A stretch of DNA of 63,572 nucleotides, the filler included, from Reticulomyxa filosa (lineage: Eukaryota > Protista > Foraminifera): the NCBI GenBank assembly GCA_000512085.1. It is 14 parts of 14 records of this genome, joined end to end, with 100 filler letters (N's around TTAATTAATTAA, not from the genome) between each part and the next. Parts side by side here need not be neighbours in the genome. Positions count along the whole stretch, not along the records: positions 26,087 to 31,357 come from ASPP01005253.1; positions 31,458 to 34,897 come from ASPP01003543.1; positions 34,998 to 40,233 come from ASPP01004665.1; 11 more parts are not named here. One strand, given 5' to 3'. Below the pieces are notes generated by a model. It ran no database searches, had not been told where the DNA came from, and saw nothing but the letters and a program-made list of their open reading frames with translations. This document shows, in pieces, positions 26,125 through 37,900 of this stretch. The position numbers and the translations under genes are program-made. Position 1 is the stretch's first letter, and each line of letters begins with the position of its first letter.

Positions 26125-27788
26125 TATATAGTGAAACAAAAATATTCAAAAATAGACCATTCAGATCAAAAGAAGAACTTCGTAAATAATTTGAATTAAA
26201 ATATGAAAAAATTGAATATCTACGCATTGAGAACTTTCTGAAAATGCTTACAAAAAAGTTGTCAAATTTCATGTTTACAATAGTTAAGATTTTCAAAAAT
26301 CAATAAAATATTCAAATTTTTTAAACAATTAGTAAAGATTTAATAAAAAACCAAAATGATATTTAAAAAGTACACAACTTGTATATATTTTAAAAAATTA
26401 GATCTGAATTGATCGTCTAATAAAAAAAGTTAATATACTACCTTTTTATCGTATATGCATTACACTTCTTTTTTTTTAAAAAACTTATTTTAGTTTTGTA
26501 ATATTAAATTGATTAAAAATGCAGATGCGAATGTGAAGAACACTTTTTGTAGTTGATTTTCTTCATAGTATCAATAGATCTGGATGATCTGTGATAGTTA
26601 TTGGAAAACTGCTAACATAAATGTGTTATTGATTCCAAAGTTAACATCCTTTCAATTTAAATAACCAAAAAGAGTTTGTTGCTTGTCTAATTCTGCATTT
26701 CGTTAACACGACAACAAGTAAAAAAAGAAAAAAGTTAAGTTTTCAAAAGAGTCAATGAACTAATCAAACTATGTGCAAGAAGGACTTTTCTATTTTTTAG
26801 ATAGATGGTTCAACAAAATATACAGAATAGACATGCCAACAATGAATTTCTTAGTAACATACTATCTCAAAAATGACAATTGTTATCATAGACCATAAAC
26901 GTAAATATTAATACTCAGTCTTTTAAGTGCACAATTGCCATTAAGGATGCAATACTTCAAAACATTTGAAATGTTAATGCACAAATCGTACAAATTAAAA
27001 TTAAATTTTTGTAAATATTTTGAAGTATTTATTTTATGTAAATATATTTTTAAAAATTTGATATCATGTGGATTGGCCATTTTGTTTTTTGCTTTATATT
27101 TGTATTGTTTGTCGGTTGAACGTAATAGCTTGAGTTATCTCCTTGTTTTTCCAAAAAATGGTTTTCATAATCTTGTTGCTAATTTTTTTGTTGGCATATC
27201 GTGCAAATGGAACAATTAAGAATTAGCAATCAATACTTAGAACATACTCAATTATATTTATCAAAGAAACTTTGCGTGTATTTCAACTGATAATGAGACG
27301 TTTTGTAGTAAAACTTTTTTTATTGTTCTTGTACTTGATAATTAGGATTGGGCACATTTCACAAATTTTCAAAACTTCACTGAAATGACAAATCATGAAT
27401 AAAATCCAAAAATTAGGATTTTGAAAATGAAGTCTTCAAAAAAACCCAACTTCCTGACAATTTTGCTGGAAACTTATTTAAAAATATATTTTCTTGCTAG
27501 AGTGTTATATGAATTATCTCGTTTGTCAATGAAAAAATCTAGGAAAAATAACAAGAAAGTAAAGGTAATCGACAAAAGACTTAAATAGACACAAAATATG
27601 TCTAAAAACAAAAAAAAGCGCCAAGATCTTAACCAAAAAGACCACGACGAAAAAAAACAGAAAAAAAAAACTAAAGAAAGAAAAGAGTGAAAAAAGTACA
27701 ATACGAAAAAAAAGCCACAAAAAAAAATTTTACAAGTAACAAAAGCATCACAAACCATTAAAACTTAAACCTGTGTAAAAAATTTCAC

Positions 27789-30700
27789 CTATCGAGACCA
27801 AGACCAATGTCGGGGCGGGTTTGTTCCGCTGTTTTCGCTGTCGCTAGTACTTTCACTGTTATTGCTGTCGCTAGTGCTGTCACTGTTACTGCTGTCACTG
27901 TTACTGCTGTCACTGTTACTGCTGTCGCTGCTGCTACTATCGCTGCTGCTACTGCTACTACTGCTGCTGCTACTGCTGCTACTACTGCTGCTACTACTAC
28001 TACTGCTGCTCTACTGCTGCTGCTACTGCTACTACTGCTGCTTTCCGAAATCCAAATAGGGCAGGCTTGAGTATTGCAGGGCACTGTTCCATGATCTGGG
28101 CCAGGACAATTGTCCACTGGAGTTTCTCTGTCGCAGACACTGACACATGATCGAACACGAGCTTGATGACCTCCTCCACAGCGAGCACTGCAGTTGCCAA
28201 GAAGTTTCCACTCAGTCCATTCTCCAAAGATGCATCGGTCACTGCAAGGATTAGGAACAGTAACAACGCCTTGTGTTGTCAAAGTTGAGGCACATCTGAA
28301 ACCTCCGCCCAATGTTGCATCACCGTTTTCTTTCACTGTAATTTCACCTTTCAGCACAATTGTCAAGAGTTTGGACTCACCAGGTTGAACGTTCAAATTT
28401 TCAAAATGCCAGTAATTGGAATGCACAACAGCAATAGGTGTTGTGTCTTGAGTAATTGACAGCAGGTATGTGTTTGACTGAGGTTCGCAATCACATCCGA
28501 GACGAATGGTAACATCAGTCAATGGAGCAGGTGAATTATCATAGTTGCACGATGGGTTAGGCAACTCGCTGCTTGTGTTTACTCGCCAGACAATCGTGGT
28601 AGTGTCATAAGTAGCATCATACCACGATGATACATGTTCAATCGACCATTCAGTGTGGTCAACTGAGTCACAAGCATCTTCACACATGCTCTCCAAATAC
28701 AAAGGTTCACGGTTGTCGCATTCGGAATCATCGCTTGACGATGAATCTGATGATGAAGATGACGATGATGAATGATGAGGAGGATGCATTTCCTCGCAAA
28801 CATCGGGGACCAATATTGTGTCATTCACACATCGTGAATCTTTGCCGTGCAATTCGTATAACCCTGGTCTCAAAGTTGCATGTCCTTTCAAAGCCAACTC
28901 AAAGTATTGACACTTGCCAGGAGTAACTTCGACTTCCCAGACCCATCCTCGGTCTAATTCGGTTGTAAATCCATCAGGATCCATATCTTTGGTGACAAAG
29001 TCAATGCACAAGTCACAGTTGCAAGGAATTTGTAAAAACAATTTCTCCAATGGCACTGGAACTTGGGTTGGATTGTTGTTCAAATACGGACTTCTCGCAT
29101 ACACACAGACTTGGTATTGGATATACGTACGATCTTTGGAAGCTTTAAACTCATAATCGATCAACTCCAATGTCCATTCAGCTTCGTCCTTGTTCACAGT
29201 GCATTCGGGCACAGAAATGTGAGGAGGAGGAGAGTAGCAAATTGTAGCTGTTGGACTTCCCGTTGGGCTGAAGGTAGGACTGCTTGTTGGATGATAGGTT
29301 GGTTTGCTTGTGGGGCTTTGTGTTGGTCTTGAAGTAGGAGAAGTTGTTGGGCTGAATGTCGGACTATCGGTTGGACTATACGTCGGGGAATCCGTAGGAT
29401 TGTTTGTTGGGCTGTACGTTGGACTGTACGTTGGACTGTATGTCGGAGAGTAAGTCGGACTATAAGAAGGTGAGTACGTTGGACTATCGGTAGGACTGTA
29501 TGTCGGACTATAGGTTGGGCTATAAGTAGGACTATACGTCGGACTTTCTGTTGGACTATAGGTAGGACTATAAGTCGGGCTGTCCGTTGGGCTGTACGTC
29601 GGACTGAATGTCGGACTATACGTTGGCGCATTTGTTGGACTGAATGTTGGGCTATATGTCGGACTGTCAGTAGGAGCATTGGTTGGGCTTGGTGTTGGAC
29701 TGTAAGTCGGGGCATTTGTTGGATTTGGCGTGGGGGAATAGGTTGGACTTTCCGTTGGGCTGTATGTCGGGCTGTATGTAGGACTATATGTTGGTGAATA
29801 TGTTGGGCTGAACGTGGGTGCGTTTGTTGGACTGTCCGTTGGTGCGCTTGTCGGGCTGTAAGTGGGACTATAAGTTGGACTTTCCGTTGGATTATTGGTT
29901 GGACTGAAAGTCGGACTATAAGTAGGACTGTACGTAGGATTATTGGTTGGACTATACGTCGGGTTCGACGTTGGTGAATATGTTGGCGAATGCGTCGGAC
30001 TGAAAGTAGGAGCGCTTGTTGGACTTGGCGTTGGACTGTAAGTAGGAGCATTGGTTGGACTTGGTGTTGGGCTGTACGTTGGACTGTCCGTTGGACTATA
30101 TGTTGGACTGTATGTCGGACTGAAAGTAGGTGCGTTCGTTGGACTATAAGTCGGATTGCTCGTCGGACTGTAAGTTGGATTGTTCGTTGGACTGAAAGTG
30201 GGTGCATTCGTCGGGCTATATGTTGGATTGGCTGTTGGACTGTAGGTTGGCGCATTTGTTGGGCTATAAGTAGGAGCGTTTGTTGGGCTGTAAGTTGGAG
30301 CGTTTGTTGGAGAATATGTTGGCGCATTAGTTGGATTTGGTGTTGGGCTGTTTGTTGGACTTTCGGTCGGACTATAGGTTGGACTGTATGTTGGAGCATT
30401 TGTTGGGCTCTCCGTTGGACTCTCTGTTGGGCTGTAGGTCGGGGCACCTGTTGGAGAGTAAGTTGGAGCATTTGTTGGACCATAAGTCGGACTGTATGTT
30501 GGAGCATTAGTTGGATTTGGAGTCGGACTGTTTGTTGGAGCATTGGTTGGATTTGGAGTCGGGCTGTTTGTTGGACTATAAGTCGGGCTCTCCGTTGGGC
30601 TCTCCGTTGGAGCGTTTGTTGGGCTGTACGTTGGGCTCTCCGTTGGGCTGTATGTCGGACTATAAGTCGGGCTATATGTTGGACTGTCGGTTGGAGAGTA

Positions 30701-31357
30701 AGTTGGAGCACCAGTTGGCGAGTATGTTGGGGAAGGTGTTGGAGAATAGGTTGGACTATTCGTTGGTGATGGAGTCGGTGAGTCAGTTGGGGCGTTTGTT
30801 GGAGAATAGGTTGGGGAATATGTTGGACTGTACGTTGGGGCGCCAGTTGGTGAAAAAGTCGGTGAATAAGTTGGATTGTTCGTGGGAGAGAAAGTTGGAC
30901 TATAAGTCGGGCTGTCCGTCGGGGAATAAGTCGGGGAATGTGTTGGTGAATTGGTCGGAGAGTACGTTGGACTGTACGTTGGAGCGCCAGTTGGTGAATA
31001 CGTTGGAGAGTAAGTCGGACTGTCTGTTGGTGATTGTGTTGGAGCGCTTGTTGGGGCACCAGTTGGGGAATATGTTGGACTGAATGTTGGAGCGCCCGTT
31101 GGAGAATAAGTTGGAGAATACGTTGGCGAGTATGTTGGAGAAAAAGTTGGTGACTGCGTGGGTGCATTTGTTGGTGAGTACGTAGGGCTGTATGTTGGAG
31201 CGCTCGTTGGTGAATATGTTGGAGAGAAGGTCGGTGCATCCGTTGGAGCATTTGTTGGTGAATAAGTTGGACTTGATGTTGGAGCATCAGTCGGTGAATA
31301 TGTTGGGGCGCCTGTTGGGGAATAGGTTGGAGAGAAGGTCGGGCTTTGTGTTGGGGC
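27789..31357 (-). CDS. Large surface or secreted protein (5' truncated, about 1190 aa): about 175 PTx[S/A] tetrapeptide repeats, two tandem Cys-rich domains, a TSP1 domain and a Ser/Asp tail
   Basis: The frame starting at 31357 ([15 protein letters not shown]...) is the same as ORF 27785-29212 (...[19 protein letters not shown]). TSP1: GEWTEW...[16 protein letters not shown]...CNTQAC. A 1-nt indel near 28010 in the AGY run; the corrected tail is S(n)[26 protein letters not shown]...HWSWSR, stop at 27789-27791. Confidence 0.85.
29250..31357 (-). repeat. 12-bp coding minisatellite (Pro-Thr-x-Ser/Ala)
   Basis: GTTGG/GTCGG recurs every 12 nt on the + strand over about 2.1 kb. Confidence 0.95.
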
Positions 31358-31496
31358 NNNNNNNNNNNNNNNNNNNNNNNNNNNNNNNNNNNNNNNNNNN
31401 NTTAATTAATTAANNNNNNNNNNNNNNNNNNNNNNNNNNNNNNNNNNNNNNNNNNNNTTTTTTGTAGATTATTCGTTTGCATTCATTTTTTGATAG

Positions 31497-32635
31497 TGGG
31501 AAACAAGACTTTGAAAACTGTTGTTACAGCAAACGCGCTTAAAGAAACACTCACAAAAAACACTCAAGTAAATGATGAAAAAGTAACTGCTCTTATCTTA
31601 ATGCATTGGACTCGATTGTCGTCTATTCGAATAGGATGGATTGATGATTTTAATAAAATCATCACTCAATATATTGTTTGTACATACACATATCTATATA
31701 TATAATTATTTATTTTTATTTGTCCTCAATCACAAATATTTTTAAATATAAATTAGTTGATATATTATAAACAATCGCCATTAGTTTATCAACATTCACA
31801 AAGCGTTGAGCGTGTGAAATTTTCAAAAGATGCAACTAAAATAGTCGCAGCTTTCAATGACAATACAATTGGAATATTAGATGCGACATTGAATAATTGT
31901 CAAATTTTAGAAGAATACCCAGACTCAGTAAATGATATACAAATTTCATCAGATAATAACACCATTTTGTCATGTTCATATGACATAATCCAAATTTATG
32001 ATATAAATGCAAAAAAGGAGATAAAAACATTTGAAGGACATGATGCTGCAGTAATAAGTGCTAAATTTTCATCAGATGAAAATACAATTGTATCTGGCTC
32101 ATGGGATGGAACAATTCGATTATGGGATGTAAATACTGGACAAATGATTAAAACTATGTCAACACCTGCATCTAGTATATATGATGCTCAGTTTTCACCT
32201 GATAATCGATTAATTGTGTCTTCATTAGATGATTCAACTATCGAAATTTGGGATGTAAAATTAGGCAAAAAGATAAAAGAATTAAAAGGTTATTTTGGCC
32301 CAGTATTTAAATCACAGTTTTCTCCAGATGGTAAATTTATTATATCATGTTCAGCTGATAAAACCATAAGAATATGGAATGTAAAATCAGGAAAAGAAAT
32401 AAAAAAATTGGAGGGACATTCTGATAGAGTCGTTGATATAAAATATTCACCAGATGGTCAATCAATTGTTTCATGCTCAAGAGATAACACAATCCGAATA
32501 TGGGATGTAAAAACAGGAAAAGAAATTCAAATACTAGAAGGAAATTCTACTTGGATTACAGGAATAGATATTTCATCGGATGGTCAAACTATTGTATCGT
32601 GTTGTGTTCACGGAATTATTCAGATCTGGAGATAA
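31497..32635 (+). CDS. Adaptor-module + WD40 protein (FSPDG type), 5' truncated; exons about 31497-31675, 31757-32635
   Basis: HWTRLSSIRIGWIDDFNKIITQYI|GT intron|LIYYK..., then seven WD40 repeats ending IQIWR*. Confidence 0.88.
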
Positions 32636-32758
32636 AGAGAAACAATTTTACATGTCATTTTTAAGGTGCTTGTTCAATGAATTAATGCTAACATAAAATA
32701 TTGTTTTCAATTCAAAAGAATGAATTGATCTCAAAAAAATTTTTGCTAAAAAACAATA

Positions 32759-33250
32759 TTATCCCCCAAATACGAATAGTCCCTTTGCTCGAACTATAAC
32801 ATAAATTGACACTACAAGTACAAGTGTCCTTTTTTTATTTTTCAATTTGAAGCATTTAAGAGAACTTTTCTTCATAATAATTTCCGTAACACTCTTTTTT
32901 TTCGAATGTCCCAAAAACGAATTGTATTGTCCCATGATCCAGAACATAATATATTTGTTTCATACGATGAGTATTTTACACTGTTCACCCAATTTTTATG
33001 TCTTTCGAAAACAATCAACTCTTTAGTTGTTTCAATATCCCACAAAAATATTGTTTTAGCAGCTAATCCAAAACAAATTGTATATCCATTACCACCGATT
33101 GTATCAATATTATTATTGCTATTGTTTTGCAATGGTCCACACAAATATTATTTTTATGTCTATTGAAGACATGCAATGTTTTGGATGTTTTCAACATCCT
33201 ATAAACGAATAGTGTTAGCATATGGACTAAAACATAGAATAATGCCACAA
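32759..33250 (-). pseudogene. WD40 pseudogene (YSPF/ICSGS type)
   Basis: IGGNGYTIC..., CSGSWDNTIRFWDIR pieces in different frames; a frameshifted paralogue of 18557-19651. Confidence 0.8.
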
Positions 33251-33661
33251 TCACGATAATCATTACTTTTTTTTTGTACGGAATAATACCAACCTTTAGT
33301 GTGAACCAATGAGAAAAAGCATTCCTAGAGACAAAGATATAGTCAAAAAAATGATATCTCATTTTCATTAAAATGTTATATTTCCATTCAAAACTAACTT
33401 CATACATTAAAATAAATTCATTTGTTTATCTTCTCTAAAAAAGCTACCATTAATTGGAATGATTCATGAAATAAATACAACACATACAAATAACAATCTA
33501 TCATCATTTTTTTTTTTGTGTTGGATTGTTTCTACTGTGCATTCAAATGCATTCCAATAAAGAGCATTGTATCTTCAACATTCTCTCCCTAGTAAAACGC
33601 CAGGTTACTTGAAAAAGCAAAATACTTTCTCAATTGGAAAATTAAAAATAAAGAAATACGA

Positions 33662-34897
33662 TTAAATTTTGTGGAGCCTATTAAATGGCCTTGGACTGAC
33701 ATTTTCCATGTAATATGGTAATTCAATACCATAAATCGCGATTCTCCCTTCTCCACCGCTACTTCCTCCTCCACTGCTATTTCCTCCAGTACATGTGATA
33801 GTTCCAAAAGTGTGTTTCAATGTGTTTGGATGGGATTGAGATTGACATTGCAATTCTATCAATATCGATCCTCCGCTCCCACCACCACCACTACGCCACC
33901 CATTTCCTCCATTGGATCGAATTGAGCCATGATTGATCAATTGTTGTTCAATTAATAGTTTAATAATTCCGCCACCACTTCCTGGATGTGAAGAAGATTT
34001 TCTGCCACTACCTCCACCACTTCCGAAATGGATCTCTTTTAACAAAGTCTCTTCTCCATATGTTTCTCTACCTATTGAACTATCTAATAGGTCTTCTCCT
34101 TCGCTTCCTTTCGTTCCATATCCACCACCACTACCCCACTTCCCGGATCCACCCCTTCCAGGACCTTGATCATGTGCATATCCCAATTCTGAGCAATCAA
34201 TTTTGGAGGAAGGGTCCTTAATCCACAAATGACTTGTTTTAATTTTTAGATATCCAAGTTCTTGATTATCCTTGTTACAATCAACAGTTAAAGTGATCTT
34301 TTCTCCAAATAAAAATATTCCAAATTTATAATCATTCCATTCATTGTTTGTTAATTTTACAAGTTTACGATATTCATTCACTAATAAAAAATCGACTCCA
34401 TTTTTCAAATCCGAGCTTTCAATGAACGATAACATATTCCCACAATCAAACGTGGTGATTTCTTTTTCTTTTTGTTCATTTTTTTGTCCTTCTTCTTCTT
34501 CTTCTTCTTCTTCTTCTGTTTGTGCATCCGTTTGAGATTTGAGTTGTTGAATATTGTATTTTGATTGCATGCTTTTAAATTCTTCAAATTTGACTTGATA
34601 TTGCTCCATCTGTTTTTTAAGTCCAACATTATACTGGCCAGTCTCTTTTTTAAATTGTTGGATGTTATCTGCTAATGCAATCATTGTTTGATCTTTTTCC
34701 AATAATCCGCGTTTTAAATTGTCAATTTGTTTGTTTTGTTCGTTGTCATTCTCTTGCATCTTTTCGATTTGCGATTGTAAATCTTTGACAGTATTTTGCA
34801 ATTCTCTAATTTTTTTGTTCATCACATTACATTGCTTTTTAATTTCAAATGGAATAATTTGTTTGTTTAAAAATCAAATTACACGATTTATCTAAAT
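33662..34897 (-). CDS. Coiled-coil + glycine-rich domain protein (5' truncated)
   Basis: Heptad coiled coil followed by GGGYGTKG, FGSGGGSG, GGGIIKL, GSIRSNGGNG, GGGSGGSILI, GGEGRIAI, typical of a Gly-rich beta/polyglycine domain. Confidence 0.75.
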
Positions 34898-34997
34898 NNN
34901 NNNNNNNNNNNNNNNNNNNNNNNNNNNNNNNNNNNNNNNNNTTAATTAATTAANNNNNNNNNNNNNNNNNNNNNNNNNNNNNNNNNNNNNNNNNNNN

Positions 34998-37900
34998 TTG
35001 TCTTTGTCTTTATCCTTGTCCGATACGTCGGGTATTTTTTCATCTTTGTCTGCTTTTTCTTCAAATTTTCCATGGCTTTCCTCTTTCATGTCACCTGGTA
35101 AATGTGGTCCGTAAACAACACCTCCTTCATTTCCAGAGGAGCTTTCTTGGGTTGAATCGGTTAAATTGGCTGATAAGAGAGCAAGCAAATCCATGGGCAT
35201 TGGTGATGCCTTATTCACATCTTCTTCGAATTTTTTTTCTAATTGAGAAGCCAAGTTATCATCATCGTCTTCATCGCCGCTATCTTCATCCGAAGACATG
35301 CCATCCATCTGACCGTATCCTGCTGTCCAATCCATATCGGTCCATTCCGTACTTCCGAAAGATTTCTTTTTCTGACCCTCTCCATTTGGACGTGATGGAG
35401 CCATTGGGGCTTGTCCAGTTCCTCCCTCGGTTGTTTGCCCTTTCTTAGCCTTTTGATCTTTTTTCGCATTTTCTTTTTTGCTATCATCTTCGGCGGTGGA
35501 GGTTGATGAAATATCTCGCAGTTGCTCTACCAGACCTTCCATGCCAGGAATGCAATCAATTGCACTCAAGAAGAACAAGTGGATCATTTTCAGTACCACG
35601 GCAATTGCCAATTGTTGTGTATTTTTGCTCACAGCGTCGATATCTAATGTGTTCTTACCACCTGTAGAAATCTTGGTACGAGTATCAATTTTATTTTCAT
35701 ACTTCACGCTGTGCAACACCTTAAGCAGATGCTCAAACCCTTTTTTTTTTAAAAATTTCGACCTCCATTCCACTCTCTCTTGCAAAATATTTTCATTCTC
35801 TAATGATTCAGGACTTACAGTCAGTGATTCACAAATCAGTAAGGAGTATACTAAGCGGAACAAATTATCAGTTGGTAACAGTTTCATCCAGTCAGTCTCT
35901 TTTTCGACAATTGCTAAAGTCGAGACTTGAGAGCGCACAGCGTCGTTTGTTGGTAGACGAAGCAACAACTTCCAAGCAGCGGACAGGATTAGTGGATCAC
36001 CTAAGGTCAGACAATCGTCAAATAACAAATTGAAGTATTTCGCTTCGTGTGCCAGTATATAGCGAGGTAATGTCTCTGGATTGCTGGCTAACAATTCCTC
36101 TTCTTCTTTTCTTGCCTCGTCTTGATGTCTCAAATCATATCGATACTTGAAAACAGTCAAGTCATTCCACACATGTTCTGGACGATCGACAGCTGCTTGT
36201 CGATAGAAGCTTGAAAATCCGTTAGCGTCCAATCTATCTTCAAAATCTCCATGTTGTGAAAATATACTTTGTATTCTTGATTTGGTTGCGGATCCTTCTC
36301 CTGCGCCACAAGCCAAAATGTAATCTCTCATATCATTATGCGACATAGTTCCATCCGTGTTCTTTGCAAATTGTTTGAAGATTTTTTCCAATGCAACTTT
36401 GGCTCGTTCTACCAGTTGCGGAGGATCAGCTGTTGTTACTAACGGCACTCTTTGGGATTTGTCGTCTTTCAACGAGACATGGACATTGCTGCCATCTCTT
36501 ATGTTCAATGCCGCAATGGTAGTTGAATTTTTTTCTTCTTCCAATTTATTTCCAGAGTACAAGTGGATCATTTCGGGGGTACGATCGATTTTGTTTGCCA
36601 CCACACATCGCAGTTCCCATAACGTGTCGTTTTCGTGAATTGCCAATCTGAAATGAGGAGGTCGCCCATATCCAGTAAATGAAACTCTGTCGATAATGTT
36701 CAAGTGCCATTTTTTGCCACGAGATAGTGCATTATGTGAACGGAACCCTCCAAGGCCTCGTGATTCTGTCGAGTTCAAGAATTGGTGGATCAAGTCCAAT
36801 ACACGAACACATTGATCTCTTGTTTCTGTCTTTGGTGTTTTTTTATGGGCATCCACAGTTTGAGACAACTCTTTCATCGATCTTTCTAAAATTGATTTGC
36901 GAATACGCCCCACTTGTGGTTTTAAGTCACTTCCCAAGCGATTGCATACTGAATTCAAAAATACAATGGACTTTTGACTGACCGAATCTTCACGCGCATT
37001 TAAAACAATTTTCCACAAATAATCCACTCCAATCAAATCGTCATAATTCGTTACGTAAAAAGATTTTTCATTGTCCACCATTTGTATATTTTTTTTATTG
37101 TGATTAACGAGCAAAAAGAATTTTTCAAATGAGTCATAAGCAGGCAGTGTCATCGATTCTGGCGTCATATCTTTCAAAAACTTGTTAATGAATAAATGCT
37201 CTGGAATGTCATCTTCTAAGGATTTTTGTTGCGAACCGGCCATTAATTTTCGGAACCATTTGAACGCTTCTTCCCTTTCTTCTGGTGTCAAGCAGTTAAC
37301 AACCATGGCATCCCAAATGGTGTCAATGTGTTCTTTTTTGAAACGAATTTTTGATTGATTCAAAACAAAATCTAAGAAATCCAATCGCTCTTTGATTTCA
37401 TCCAAATATACAAATCTGGCTCCAGGGATACATTTCATTTGATTGATAGCGGTGTGATAGTCTTCTTTGTGTTCACAAGCACTACGAACCTCTTTGGCTT
37501 TGGCGTTAGCCTTTTCTTTAAAATATTGAATGTCTGCAAAAAAATTCTTCATCATTGAGAAATCAGTATTCAAATGTTCAATGATAGTCCAACGCTCAGC
37601 TTCGTCACTCAACGAAGACGTAGACGGATATGTCTCTACTATTTTTTTCAAAATCTGTATCGACGACACTACTGATTTGTGATCTGCCAAATTCGTGACA
37701 CATTTTATTAAAGTTGGTAAACGCAACTCCCTTGAATAGTAAGCGTTCAACACTTCTTTCAACATATTCTTGGCTTCATTCACAAGTTTGTCATCCACCG
37801 CACTATCATCTTGGACAACATTCCACAATAAATTGGTCACTCGTTCTGCTGGGGCCGTGGTTGTGGTTTGCTTGTAGGTGTGTTGTGACAGATCTTTCAT

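Noticed and set aside
29194-31287. 697-aa Gln/Arg-rich ORF and antisense Trp-rich ORFs (29990-30769, 30511-31083)
   Set aside because: Shadow frames of the 12-bp PT repeat; the PT frame is the one continuous with the downstream domains.
29250-31357. YSPT repeats as an RNA polymerase II CTD, or the array as a CRISPR
   Set aside because: Period is 4 aa, not the YSPTSPS heptad; followed by extracellular Cys-rich and TSP1 domains; no unique spacers or cas genes.
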